A DNA stretch of 64,000 nucleotides, taken from IMG/VR virus record IMGVR_UViG_3300037784_000034, positions 181-64,180 of that record; one strand, 5' to 3'. Below are positions 17,374 to 26,829 of this stretch, in pieces; position 1 is the stretch's first letter, and every line of letters begins with the position of its first letter. The stretch is from a virus (lineage: Duplodnaviria; Caudoviricetes). The notes under the pieces are model-generated. The model worked only from the letters and a program-made list of their open reading frames with translations. It searched no databases and was not told the DNA's origin. The position numbers and the translations under genes are program-made.

Positions 17374-17633
17374 GCCCCTCTCCGCATTTTATTCCGGTGA
17401 TTAACGCGAGACAGGGATGCGTCGAGATCGCCGTCGTCCATCGCCTTTTTCACTATGCCAAGAACATCATCGCGCGTCTGTTCTGACCGGTAAATTTTGA
17501 CTGGAATACCCCGGGCAAGGCTCACGACGCCAAGTATCAATATGACCGCAGACTTCACGATAACGCTTGTGAGAATCAGGACACCCAAGAAGGTCCAAAA
17601 ACCGGAGAGCGCGAACTGAAAAAAGCCAATCAT
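17370..17633 (-). CDS. membrane protein
   Basis: Hydrophobic N-terminal half; coupled overlaps. Confidence 0.65.
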   Translation of the reverse strand: MIGFFQFALSGFWTFLGVLILTSVIVKSAVILILGVVSLARGIPVKIYRSEQTRDDVLGIVKKAMDDGDLDASLSRVNHRNKMRRGA

Positions 17634-17947
17634 GCCGCCCCCCGCAATTCTCCGCGCCGGATGTCGGCTGCGGCCAGAATCGCATTCGGGACGGCTTCGC
17701 CGGGCTTCAGGCCGTCACGCGCGATCCTGTCGATCAGCGCGGAGATCCGCCTCTGGCAAGCTTCCTCGGTGAGGTAATAGGTTGGTTGGTGTCGGATCGG
17801 GATGCCCGAGACAACCTTGTGAGGAGAAAAGGTCATCTCGGGCTGCGCGTCTGCCGGGAGGGGGTGAGCAGAACGCGGGAGAGTGTTTGGTTTGGCGCGC
17901 TCCGCGCTGCGGTTCACATAACGCCCTCCATTGATCGTAAAACGCAT
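17630..17947 (-). CDS. hypothetical first gene of PL operon
   Basis: AGGAA RBS downstream of PL. Confidence 0.6.
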   Translation of the reverse strand: MRFTINGGRYVNRSAERAKPNTLPRSAHPLPADAQPEMTFSPHKVVSGIPIRHQPTYYLTEEACQRRISALIDRIARDGLKPGEAVPNAILAAADIRRGELRGAA

Positions 17948-18018
17948 CTGATTTCCTTTTCCCTCGAGTCCGACCAGATCGGGCGGACGCCGTCGTTACT
18001 GGTCTGTCGATATGGAAA

Positions 18019-18061
18019 ACGGTAATTCGTTTGCGAATAAACGTCAATACGTATGCGGATA
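18019..18061 (-). promoter_or_regulatory. PL promoter with two operators
   Basis: TTGACG-17nt-TACCGT; palindromes at 18024-18039 and 18046-18061. Confidence 0.7.
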
Positions 18062-18102
18062 TATTTTTTTCCGTATTGACGATATGGCTGGGTGTGGCGC
18101 AC

Positions 18103-18141
18103 AAAAGAAAACCCCCGCACCGTTTCGCGACGGCCGGGGGC
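18103..18141 (-). terminator. intrinsic terminator of cI operon
   Basis: Minus strand CCCCCG..CGGGGG followed by TTTTCTTTT. Confidence 0.75.
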
Positions 18142-18235
18142 GTGACTGGATGAACTGGGTTTGGCGACCTTTTCCAGTGGGCGAACAATACCAGAACCCG
18201 CCCCTAGTGCAAGCCAAACCATCATTCAGGATCAA

Positions 18236-18400
18236 GCGGCGACCCGGTGCAACTCCGGTGCAGGTGCAGCCGCAGGCGTGGGGAGCGAAAGTCCTACCGC
18301 GCTGCCTGAAAGTGAGGACGGATTGCCGAGAGGCGTCCTGCCAAAGCGACCGACCGACCGACGGTTCAAGTCGTGGCAACGCTTCCCCGCCTTGCAGGGC
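18236..18400 (+). ncRNA. candidate multi-hairpin structured RNA
   Basis: T-loop-like arm, C-GAAA-G and GCC-GAGA-GGC tetraloop hairpins. Confidence 0.35.
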
Positions 18401-18529
18401 TCGTCCTGTGGGGTAGGGGGAGCTTTGCCTCCGCTCCCTCCCTCACTCCGGTTCAAGGATTGAAAAAGAAGGTAGAAATCAGAGATAACAGGATTGAGAT
18501 TTCAGATGGAATGATTCACTCAAATCTGA

Positions 18530-18838
18530 TCATTTGTCTCGAGACTTGATGCGTTTCTCAGCATCCGCGAGCAATTTTTCGTAATCCGATCGGGCCTGTT
18601 TCCCGCCCAATGTTGCCGTGTATCGGCTATCGGCCAGTTTTCCTGCAACCATGAGTGCAGCGAGTATGCCGGCCGCCCACAAAACCACTGTGACCGGCTC
18701 AAGCGAGAAGACGATCGCCGCGCCAGCGAGCGCCGCGACCGCAACGACAAATCCGAGAACAGCTCCGAGAAAACCGATGACTGCAGATGAGCCGAACAGC
18801 AAGACAGCCAGAATTGCGAGCAGAATTGTAGCTATCAT
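18530..18838 (-). CDS. membrane protein co-transcribed with cI (possible superinfection exclusion)
   Basis: Two to three TM helices; directly downstream of cI. Confidence 0.65.
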   Translation of the reverse strand: MIATILLAILAVLLFGSSAVIGFLGAVLGFVVAVAALAGAAIVFSLEPVTVVLWAAGILAALMVAGKLADSRYTATLGGKQARSDYEKLLADAEKRIKSRDK

Positions 18839-18849
18839 TTCAGTTCTCC

Positions 18850-19539
18850 TCAGGTTGTGAACCGGCCGACATATCTTCCGATGATATGGATTTCTGTCAG
18901 GGACATTTCACGATCGCGATGATTGGGATTGTCGCTTGAGATCCGGACTGTGACGATTTCATCGCTCGGCCTTGAGATAACCTCGACGCGCTTGATGACA
19001 ACGCCTCCGAATTCGTCAGCCATAACATACACGCCAGGCGGAGATGGGACTTGATGCCGGGTGTCGGCGAAAACGACATCGCCATCCATGATAGTCGGCG
19101 CCATCGAGTCGCCTTGGCATGGGAAAGCTTTGATGTGGGATGCGCGCGCATTGAGCCGGTTCAGCATGTACCCGGGCAAACGCCAGTGGTCGCGGACAGA
19201 TTCGGATGAGATCTGAATACCGTTGACGGTTTCATTCTCTATGATGGATATGCCGCCACCCCCCATTCCGGCCCGGACATCGATCTCATCGATAAAATCG
19301 ACATAAGGCGCTGCAGCCCGCGGCCCTTGATCAGGCAATACACCCTGTTCAACTGCCAGGTCACGAAGTGCATTGGAGAGATCTGAATTCGTTTTAGCGC
19401 CCTTCTTGATACGCGATATCGTCGCCTGTGTGGTGTTCTGACCTCTGTCGACAATAGCAGTCGCAATCTGGCTTTGGGTCCAGCCAGACTCTTCGAGAGC
19501 CTTGATTATCTCAGCGTTTGTCGGGGCGGTACTCTTCAT
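18850..19539 (-). CDS. cI: CI-like repressor (HTH plus S24 peptidase)
   Basis: N-terminal HTH (TQSQIA..TQATISRI), GDSMAPT, VIKR. Confidence 0.92.
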   Translation of the reverse strand: MKSTAPTNAEIIKALEESGWTQSQIATAIVDRGQNTTQATISRIKKGAKTNSDLSNALRDLAVEQGVLPDQGPRAAAPYVDFIDEIDVRAGMGGGGISIIENETVNGIQISSESVRDHWRLPGYMLNRLNARASHIKAFPCQGDSMAPTIMDGDVVFADTRHQVPSPPGVYVMADEFGGVVIKRVEVISRPSDEIVTVRISSDNPNHRDREMSLTEIHIIGRYVGRFTT

Positions 19540-19578
19540 GATTTCGAGCTTGTAAGTGGAGGTTTTGCGTCATAGTCA

Positions 19579-19640
19579 AACACGCAGACGCATAACTCGC
19601 TTGACAGGATAATACGTATGCGGTTATTCGTTTACGCATG
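19579..19640 (+). promoter_or_regulatory. PR region with three operators
   Basis: TTGACA at 19601; palindromes at 19579, 19611, 19625. Confidence 0.65.
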
Positions 19641-19886
19641 AACATCATCAAGCACATCCGGACCCAACTTTTTCAGATTGCCACGCAGGGCGAATTCGCG
19701 ACTGCTATAGGCACTACCCAAGCAACGGTATCCCGGTTGGAATCGGGGTCCGAGATCACGCTCACTGTCCAGAAGGCAATCAGGGCCGCTGCAAAAGCGC
19801 GTGGCATCGATTGGGATGACTCGCTGTTCTACGATTTCAGCAATACCGGCGAGCAAGAGCAAGTCTCCGAGGAGATGCCGGCGTGA
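19638..19886 (+). CDS. cro: Cro-like repressor
   Basis: TQGEFATAIGTTQATVSRLESG HTH, divergent from cI. Confidence 0.85.
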   Translation: MNIIKHIRTQLFQIATQGEFATAIGTTQATVSRLESGSEITLTVQKAIRAAAKARGIDWDDSLFYDFSNTGEQEQVSEEMPA

Positions 19887-20181
19887 CCGATGCTCTCCCC
19901 CATATTTCAGCGGCGGCAGTAGGCGCGGGGCTGGCGTGGGCGAGATTTCGTACTGATCTCAGCCAAAGGACACCGTTGGCGCGGCAGTCCGGAAGCTCCA
20001 CCAGGTCTGATTTCAATCAGGTTGGCGCCTGATGAGTTCGCACCTTGGATCATATCCTGCAGCGTCGCCTGTCGATCTTGGCCGGTCTGCTCGCGATACT
20101 GCTTCAACTTTCATTCCTTTCCGTGGTCGCCGGGCCGATGTCGCCCCTTCGATGCTTCAACAGTATCGAGGAGTGACCAGC

Positions 20182-20616
20182 ATGTACGGCAGGAAGAATG
20201 TCGAAAGCGACAAAAGGAATGCCCTCCGCGCCTTTCGGGACACCCAGGGCTTAAGCGATCCCGAGCGCACAGTTCGCTGGCTTGAAAAGCTCGCCAAGGC
20301 CGAGTTCCGTGGCCGTGGCGACACAATGAGCGCAGCTCGCGACCGGGCCGCGGAAAAGTACGGCGCCCCGATTTCGAAGACCAAACGGCTTTGGGATCGG
20401 TGGCAGACAATGAAATCGGTCGCGGGAGACGTCATGATCCCGCTCATGCTGGCCTACGAGGAAATGGTCCAGCGAAACGAGGCCGCAGCCCAGGAGTATC
20501 GGGCCGAGCGCCATCAACTCAGAGAAGAACGTCATGCGACTGATTTGGAGCGCGCTCGTCAGGGCGTGGGAGAGGGCGGCTCTTGCCTTGGAACGATGGC
20601 GCAAGAGGAGGCGTAA
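20182..20616 (+). CDS. CII-position HTH protein
   Basis: GAGGAG RBS before ATG 20182; helical HTH-like segment; start uncertain. Confidence 0.55.
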   Translation: MYGRKNVESDKRNALRAFRDTQGLSDPERTVRWLEKLAKAEFRGRGDTMSAARDRAAEKYGAPISKTKRLWDRWQTMKSVAGDVMIPLMLAYEEMVQRNEAAAQEYRAERHQLREERHATDLERARQGVGEGGSCLGTMAQEEA

Positions 20617-20820
20617 ATGTGGCCGATAAGAGGGGTTGGCGCATTTGCTGCCGTGATGCTCGCAAGCATGGTGAACCCGGCGCCCGATCGCCAGCCAACA
20701 CCGAAGACCGACCGCAGAAGGCAGCCGTCGCCAAATGATGTTGGCCCTGTCGTCGACACCACACCGGAAAGCAAGCGGGCCCGCCGGCGCCGGGTCGCGA
20801 GGGAGCAAAATGGCAGTTGA
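20617..20820 (+). CDS. hypothetical protein
   Basis: GAGG RBS; 67 aa. Confidence 0.45.
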   Translation: MWPIRGVGAFAAVMLASMVNPAPDRQPTPKTDRRRQPSPNDVGPVVDTTPESKRARRRRVAREQNGS

Positions 20821-21052
20821 ACCCCAAGATTATTTCTTGACCACGGAGCATGAGAACCGGGTCAAGCTTGCGATCGAGCGAGAGCAGGCGCGGCTTCAGT
20901 CCGTCGCGAACCTTCAAGGCCCGCTGCCCGCGATTTCAGACGCCTTGGGCGCGCTCACCACCTACACCTCATGGTTTTCTCAGATCGGACTCAAAGATAT
21001 CGCGATCCAGATTCTCGAAGATGAAGCCAAGAGGCTGAAAAAGAAATCGTAA
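20810..21052 (+). CDS. hypothetical protein
   Basis: GGAG RBS; 80 aa. Confidence 0.65.
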   Translation: MAVEPQDYFLTTEHENRVKLAIEREQARLQSVANLQGPLPAISDALGALTTYTSWFSQIGLKDIAIQILEDEAKRLKKKS

Positions 21053-21070
21053 CCGCCACAGGAGGCCATC

Positions 21071-21682
21071 ATGGCTAAGGCAGCGCAGAAGAAGAAGACC
21101 GATGAAACCAACGTCGTTTCATTGCCCGGGCTTGACGCCCAAGACGAGCGGACACAGTGGGAAAACCAGCAGTTTCTCAAGGGGCTCCGGGAAATCAGCA
21201 ACCTTGAATCCGATATGGCCGGAAAGAAAAGCGACATCGGAGCGGTCTACAGGCGCGGCGAACAGTGCGGCGGCTGGACGAAGGCCGATTTCAAGTGGGC
21301 CCAGGAACTCGAGAAGAAAGATGCCCCGAAGGTCATCGCGACGATGGAGCGGCGTATCAGGATCGCGAGACTTCTGGGGCATGGTGTCGCCCGTCAGTTC
21401 TCCATGTTCGATGAGGATCGCACTCCTCTCGATGAGCGCGCCTACGAGGAAGGTTACGCAGCCGGCGCGTTACGTAAGCCCATGGCCAACCCTTACGGGC
21501 TCGAGAGTCCTGCCGGTCAGGCCTATCAGCGTGGTTTCAATGATGGCAACGCCTTCATCAACAAGGATCTCGCCAGCAAGTTCGGTGACGGCGACGGCGA
21601 ACTCATAAAGGGTGACGACGATTCCGGGGATGCATCCGAAGACGAACCAAACCACGACGCTTTCGAGCAGGAAGACGCCTGA
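21071..21682 (+). CDS. GapR/UPF0335-like domain fused to Rmf-like motif
   Basis: N-terminal helical segment resembling GapR; AYEEGYAAG..NPY..AYQRGFNDG. Confidence 0.45.
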   Translation: MAKAAQKKKTDETNVVSLPGLDAQDERTQWENQQFLKGLREISNLESDMAGKKSDIGAVYRRGEQCGGWTKADFKWAQELEKKDAPKVIATMERRIRIARLLGHGVARQFSMFDEDRTPLDERAYEEGYAAGALRKPMANPYGLESPAGQAYQRGFNDGNAFINKDLASKFGDGDGELIKGDDDSGDASEDEPNHDAFEQEDA

Positions 21683-21806
21683 TGCCGGAGGCCATCATGC
21701 GCCGCCAGGTGAAGGGCCAGGTCTGGCGCTGAGAGGAAGCCACCTCAGTACAGCCGGGGCTTGGTAGGCCCCGGCACCCCACCGAACAAACTGAGAAAGT
21801 TCCAAG

Positions 21807-21935
21807 ATGAGTGCGGAAAAGAAAAGGGCCATGGCTGTTTGTTGGGTGCTGGCGATTATTGGGTTTTACGGGATGTTCGTGGCCGTCACAGCGGAAGGCA
21901 CCAGCGGCACCGTGATCCTCGTCGGGTCGAAGTGA
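21807..21935 (+). CDS. 42-aa membrane peptide
   Basis: MSAEKKRAMAVCWVLAIIGFYGMFVAV..; TGATG overlap with sigma gene. Confidence 0.45.
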   Translation: MSAEKKRAMAVCWVLAIIGFYGMFVAVTAEGTSGTVILVGSK

Positions 21936-22588
21936 TGGGGTACATCCAAATGCTGACCGCTGAAGAAGAGCGTGATCTGGCAACAAGATGGAGGCGCGAC
22001 GGCGATGAGCGCGCAATGCACCGAATTATCGAGGCGCATCTCCCGTTGGCGCGAAAAATCGCAGCCCGCTACCGCTGGACGAGGATAGATTTCGAGGATC
22101 TGTGCGCCGAGGCAAATATCGGGCTTCTCCTTGCGGTAAAGCGTTTTGACCCCGAAAAGGGGTTCCGGTTCTCAACATACAGCGTGTTCTGGCTCAAGGC
22201 TCAGATGACTGAATTCGCGCTGAAGATGTCACTTCCTGTTCGGATGCCGACATCCCCGAAATTCAAAAAATCCATGGCCGGGAATCCGTTCCCGTCGACA
22301 GTCTCTCTGGATGAAGAGGTGGACGGCCGAAGCGGATATGATTTCCTTGTTGATCCATCACCACTTCAGGATGAGGTCGTCGATCACTCTTTCGTCTCGC
22401 TCCGGGTCGATGCCGCGCTTGGCGTTTTGAACCAACGGGAAGCGGAGATTATCCGGGACCGCTTTCTTGCGGATGAAACAGCGTCACTGACCGATCTGGG
22501 GATTACTCACGGCATCTCGAAAGAGCGTGTCCGACAGGTCCAGAACAAAGCGCTGGCACGTCTCAGTGCAGAATTGGGGAATATGTAA
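21935..22588 (+). CDS. sigma-70-family (RpoH-like) RNA polymerase sigma factor
   Basis: LTAEEERDLA, EDLCAEANIGLLLAVKRFDPEKGFRFSTY, ISKERVRQVQNKAL. Confidence 0.9.
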   Translation: MGYIQMLTAEEERDLATRWRRDGDERAMHRIIEAHLPLARKIAARYRWTRIDFEDLCAEANIGLLLAVKRFDPEKGFRFSTYSVFWLKAQMTEFALKMSLPVRMPTSPKFKKSMAGNPFPSTVSLDEEVDGRSGYDFLVDPSPLQDEVVDHSFVSLRVDAALGVLNQREAEIIRDRFLADETASLTDLGITHGISKERVRQVQNKALARLSAELGNM

Positions 22589-23889
22589 TGGCGATCAAGT
22601 ATGCCGGGAACACCAAAAAGCGCGGCAAAGATGGGCTCACCAAACTTGAGCGCCAGAGGAAACTCCTGACCGGAGAGATCCCGATCTCTGGCACTGCAAA
22701 TGCAGCACTTGTTGCAGATACCCCGCATTCCATATCCGGCATGATCTCTGACGCTGCCCGCAAGCTGGCGACAGCCAAGACGGCGGCCGATGTTCTGGAC
22801 GCAAAGGGTATGGCCGGGGTCGCTTATGATGCCGCGAAGTTGGCTGCCCGATTTGCGAAAGCGAAGGGCGCTGCGGACAAGGTTGTTGCTGCTGCCCATC
22901 GCGCTCAAGCCGACGCGCTCGAAATTGAGGCCAGCGCGAAACGCAGACTTGCCGATGAATATGATGGCGCCCAAGACCGTGGAGAGATCGCCAAAGGGCG
23001 TCCGAAAACTATTCCGGACGGGAATACTTTGCCGACGGCTGCTGAGATCGGGGTCTCCGGTAAGGAGATCATGGATGCCCGTCAAATCAGGGACGCGATT
23101 GCAGCAAACCCGGATGCGGTCAAGGACGCTCTGGCCGAGATTCTTGATCGCGGCGACGAGCCCACACGTGCTGCGCTGAAGCGCGTCATAAGCCCGGCTG
23201 TAAAGGTGATCAGGTCGGAAAGACAGGCAGAAAAGAAAGTGAGGCGCGGAGAGCGGGAAACGATCCTTGCCGAGAAGATCCGTGCGCTGCCGGATGGCAA
23301 GTTTGGCGTGATCGTTGCCGACCCGGAATGGAAATTTGACGTCTATTCCGAAGAGACCGGGATGGATCGAGCGGCCGCCAACCATTACCCGACCAGCGAC
23401 CTTCTCACGATCATGCAGCGCGATATCGGGTCCATCGCCGCCAAGGACGCGATCTGTTTTCTCTGGATTCCGGTTTCGATGCTGGTCGAAGGAATTTGTG
23501 TCCTTGATGCATGGGGGTTCGCGCTCATCAACCGCAATGTTGAAACCGGGTTTCTCGAACCCGACAAGTCGCGGGCCAGATATGTCTCATCCTTCGCCTG
23601 GCTGAAAGAGAAGATCATCACCGGCTATTGGACCCGTGGGAAACATGAGGTCTTGCTGATTGCGACCCGCGGGAATCCGGTCGCTCCCGCGATGGGGGAC
23701 CAGTTGCCATCGTGGCTCGAGGGCGAAGCCGTGGTTGCAGCATCCGGCGAACACTCGGCCAAGCCTGAGATCTTTTTGGAATGGATCGAAAAGATGTGGC
23801 CGAACGTGCCGAAGATCGAACTCAATCGGCGCGGCCCCGCACGAGAAGGCTGGGCGGTGTGGGGCAACGAAGCGGAGGAGGCGGCATGA
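22588..23889 (+). CDS. MT-A70-family adenine methyltransferase with N-terminal phage domain
   Basis: IVADPEW, HYPT, CFLW, HEVLLIATRG, HSAKP, IEL..R, WGNE. Confidence 0.8.
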   Translation: MAIKYAGNTKKRGKDGLTKLERQRKLLTGEIPISGTANAALVADTPHSISGMISDAARKLATAKTAADVLDAKGMAGVAYDAAKLAARFAKAKGAADKVVAAAHRAQADALEIEASAKRRLADEYDGAQDRGEIAKGRPKTIPDGNTLPTAAEIGVSGKEIMDARQIRDAIAANPDAVKDALAEILDRGDEPTRAALKRVISPAVKVIRSERQAEKKVRRGERETILAEKIRALPDGKFGVIVADPEWKFDVYSEETGMDRAAANHYPTSDLLTIMQRDIGSIAAKDAICFLWIPVSMLVEGICVLDAWGFALINRNVETGFLEPDKSRARYVSSFAWLKEKIITGYWTRGKHEVLLIATRGNPVAPAMGDQLPSWLEGEAVVAASGEHSAKPEIFLEWIEKMWPNVPKIELNRRGPAREGWAVWGNEAEEAA

Positions 23890-24446
23890 TCATCTTGGCC
23901 TTTGACCAAAGTATCTCCCGTACCGGATGGTGCTTGTATGAGCCGCCATCCCATCGTTCGATGATGATCGGCTCCTTTACATCTCGGCCTCACAAAAAGA
24001 TGTCGACTGAAGAGAAGACGGCGATTTTCTGCGATGAAATCGAAAAACTCTTCAAGGAGCATAAGCCACGGTTCGTGGTCTGGGAGGCGGCGACGGAGAT
24101 CATCCGAGCTTACCCGCGTGAGCAAAAAATGGACCTTGCAGGCCAGAAGCCGCCGCAACTTACGGTGAACGCGGACCAGCTCATCCTTCGCGACATTCAG
24201 GGGCATATCCGACACGCGGCGAGAGCCCGCAAGATCCCATATTTCGCGGTCAACCCAAAGACGTGGCATGCGGCCATGCTGAAGAATGGGAACATCAGCA
24301 GAGTAGATGCCAAGGCCAAGGCGCGGGCGATGTGTGCTCAACTCCGGATCCCGGTGAAGAATGAAGACCAAGCCGAGGCGGTTATGATCGCGCTATGGGC
24401 TGAAACATCGCAGAACTATAAGATGCTGAAGGCGAAGGCGGCATGA
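23886..24446 (+). CDS. RuvC-like Holliday junction resolvase
   Basis: ILAFDQS, VVWE, NEDQAEA acidic RNase H-fold pattern. Confidence 0.75.
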   Translation: MIILAFDQSISRTGWCLYEPPSHRSMMIGSFTSRPHKKMSTEEKTAIFCDEIEKLFKEHKPRFVVWEAATEIIRAYPREQKMDLAGQKPPQLTVNADQLILRDIQGHIRHAARARKIPYFAVNPKTWHAAMLKNGNISRVDAKAKARAMCAQLRIPVKNEDQAEAVMIALWAETSQNYKMLKAKAA

Positions 24447-25918
24447 ACGCTCCACCTCGCGAGATCAAGCCGGCATTGCCGGATGCGATGGAAGCAGAGC
24501 AGGCGTTGCTTGGCGCTATCTTCATAAACAATTCGGCCTATTGGACGGTGGCCGGCTTCCTGAAGCCACTGCATTTCGGCGAGCCTATCCACCGGGAAAT
24601 CTTCGATATCGCGGCGACCATGATTTCTGAGGGAAGAGCGGTAAACCCGGTCACGGTCAAGCCGTATTTGAACATTGATCAGAAGATTGGCGAATACCCT
24701 GTATCGTACTATCTGGCGCGGCTTGCGGCTGAAGCCGTCACCGTGATCAATGCCTACGACTACGGCCGGGCCATCATGGAATCTTGGGCCCGGCGCCAAC
24801 TCATCGCCACGGCTGAAGATCTCGGGAACCTTGCTCGAAATATGCCGGTCGACATGAACCCCGAAAAGATTATCGGGGCGATATCAAATGACCTGACCCG
24901 GATTGCCCAGGAAGGCAACGAGAGACTCGGCTCGATCAAGTATGGTGTGATCCTTCCAAGGGCAGTGAACAAGGCTGCGAGTTCGAGCAGTGACCAAGCC
25001 TACCGTATTCCGTGGTTCCTGCCGGAAATCAATGATGCGCTTGGCGCGATACGTCGAGGGAACCTGATTGGGTTGATGAGCGACAGTGGCGGCGGGAAAA
25101 CCTCATTCAGTCTGACACAGTGCAGATACGCGGCATCACTTAACTTCAAGAGCGCGTTCTTCTCGATCGAAATCACAGAAGAGGAAGCCGCTCTACAGGC
25201 CGCGGCCCAGCAATCCAAAGTCAATATGGCCCGGATCGACGACTACACACTGAACACCAAGGAACAGGATGATCTTGAGCGTGAAATGGTGACGTCCACC
25301 GGGCTTCCCTTTTTCATCGTCGGGTTCGGTGAATGTACGTTGTCCGATATCCGGATCAAGGCTGAGACCATGGTGAAATCCCAAGGGTTGGACCTCATCG
25401 TCATCGACCACGCCAAGATGATAACGCTTCCGAATCCGAAGGATATGTTCGCGGAGCGCGTCAACGCTCTTTACCGTGGCCTGAAGGCGCTGGCCAAATC
25501 TCTGAACGTCGCCATTGTCATCCTGATCCAGAGAAACGACGACTGGAAACGGCGCTGGCAATCAAGCGGAGCTTACACCGCATTTCGCCCGGTGATGGGG
25601 GATGCGTATGGCGGCGGCAGCATCAAGCAATCCCTGGATGTTTGGTTCAGTCTCTACCGGCCGGAACCCTTGTTCAGGGAAATGCTGCCGACCATGCCAC
25701 CAGAGCGCGTCAAAGAAGGTGAACTCACCAAGAAGCAAGTCATGCTTCAGAAGCTGGAGGAATCCTTGGGGAAGGCCATCATCATTAACCACAAGCGCCG
25801 TCGGGGGGAGCCTGGCAAGTCCCCCACCATCGGTTTCGATGCGGAGTTCACCCGCTTCAAATCCCTGACGGAAGACGCGGCGCCCACATTTGAAGGATTC
25901 GATGGTTTCGATGGCTGA
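24443..25918 (+). CDS. dnaB: replicative DNA helicase
   Basis: EAEQALLGAIF, SGGGKT, FSIE, IVIDH, LKALAKSLNVAIVILIQ. Confidence 0.88.
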   Translation: MNAPPREIKPALPDAMEAEQALLGAIFINNSAYWTVAGFLKPLHFGEPIHREIFDIAATMISEGRAVNPVTVKPYLNIDQKIGEYPVSYYLARLAAEAVTVINAYDYGRAIMESWARRQLIATAEDLGNLARNMPVDMNPEKIIGAISNDLTRIAQEGNERLGSIKYGVILPRAVNKAASSSSDQAYRIPWFLPEINDALGAIRRGNLIGLMSDSGGGKTSFSLTQCRYAASLNFKSAFFSIEITEEEAALQAAAQQSKVNMARIDDYTLNTKEQDDLEREMVTSTGLPFFIVGFGECTLSDIRIKAETMVKSQGLDLIVIDHAKMITLPNPKDMFAERVNALYRGLKALAKSLNVAIVILIQRNDDWKRRWQSSGAYTAFRPVMGDAYGGGSIKQSLDVWFSLYRPEPLFREMLPTMPPERVKEGELTKKQVMLQKLEESLGKAIIINHKRRRGEPGKSPTIGFDAEFTRFKSLTEDAAPTFEGFDGFDG

Positions 25919-26246
25919 TCCATGGCGAGCCCGGCACTTCAAGGGCGGATATTCATCCGAATGGCTGCCCGTTGGCCAGCATTCATGGCGCATCATCCGA
26001 GAGAATGGGGAGGTGAAGATCTTCCCGAACTCCCGCGAGGCGATGAAGGCAGGGAAGGACAGGTTCCTTCGTTCTCTGGAGCCCGAAATCCGCGCCACGC
26101 TACCAGTTGACCCGGAAAAGGTGGCTGACAAGCTCAGGAGTGAAGCCGAGGCATGGCTGAAATCCAATCGAGCAGATGTCCAAGCCAAGACGTCGATTTA
26201 TCGGCCTGGGAAAAAACAGGTTACAGTCATCAGGGGACGCTCATGA
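25911..26246 (+). CDS. hypothetical protein
   Basis: 111 aa, overlaps dnaB end. Confidence 0.65.
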   Translation: MADPWRARHFKGGYSSEWLPVGQHSWRIIRENGEVKIFPNSREAMKAGKDRFLRSLEPEIRATLPVDPEKVADKLRSEAEAWLKSNRADVQAKTSIYRPGKKQVTVIRGRS

Positions 26247-26548
26247 GCCGGGATCAACTCACAAACAGACGCGCCAGCGAGACCTTCGACATCACGTTCT
26301 CAGGGGTCAGAATGTCGGTTTCTCTTGGCTACTATGATGATGGCCGGGTTGGTGAGGTCTTTCTATCGACCCAGAAAGAGGGGACGCCCATTGATGTCGC
26401 GGCCAGGGATACGGCGGTCCTGATTTCCCTGTTGCTTCAATACGGGTGTTCGGCAGACATAATCCTGAAATCGCTAATGACGGATCATGCTGGAAAGCCG
26501 GAGGGGATCGCCGGCATGGTGGCCTCTATCATCAAAGAGGAATCCTGA
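26243..26548 (+). CDS. stand-alone TSCPD-like domain (class II RNR C-terminal region)
   Basis: RRASETFD, GYYDDGRVGEVF, ISLLLQYG. Confidence 0.7.
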   Translation: MSRDQLTNRRASETFDITFSGVRMSVSLGYYDDGRVGEVFLSTQKEGTPIDVAARDTAVLISLLLQYGCSADIILKSLMTDHAGKPEGIAGMVASIIKEES

Positions 26549-26829
26549 TGCGCGGTCGACCCAAAAAATACAGCGAGCGGCAGCGGTTTATGATCTCTGT
26601 GCTTATTCTTCACGGCCTGACCCATTCCGAGGTCGCAACTGTCATGGCGCACTATGGCGTCCCGATGTCGAGGAAAGCAGTGTGGGCGCAGATTGCCCAG
26701 ACAGGGTTCAGTAAGGATAAACCCGCGCAGGTCCGGCAGCGGCTCCTTGATCGCCTCAAAGCCAATCGCCTCGATTACAGCCATGGCCAGAAGGGCCTGC
26801 CTGACCAGTTCTTCACGGTGAAATCCTGA
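26548..26829 (+). CDS. HTH DNA-binding protein
   Basis: RGRPKKYS..HGLTHSEVA..SRKAV. Confidence 0.65.
   Translation: MRGRPKKYSERQRFMISVLILHGLTHSEVATVMAHYGVPMSRKAVWAQIAQTGFSKDKPAQVRQRLLDRLKANRLDYSHGQKGLPDQFFTVKS

Noticed and set aside
21697-21732. 11-codon ORF MRRQVKGQVWR after GGAGG
   Set aside because: Too short to support; no other evidence
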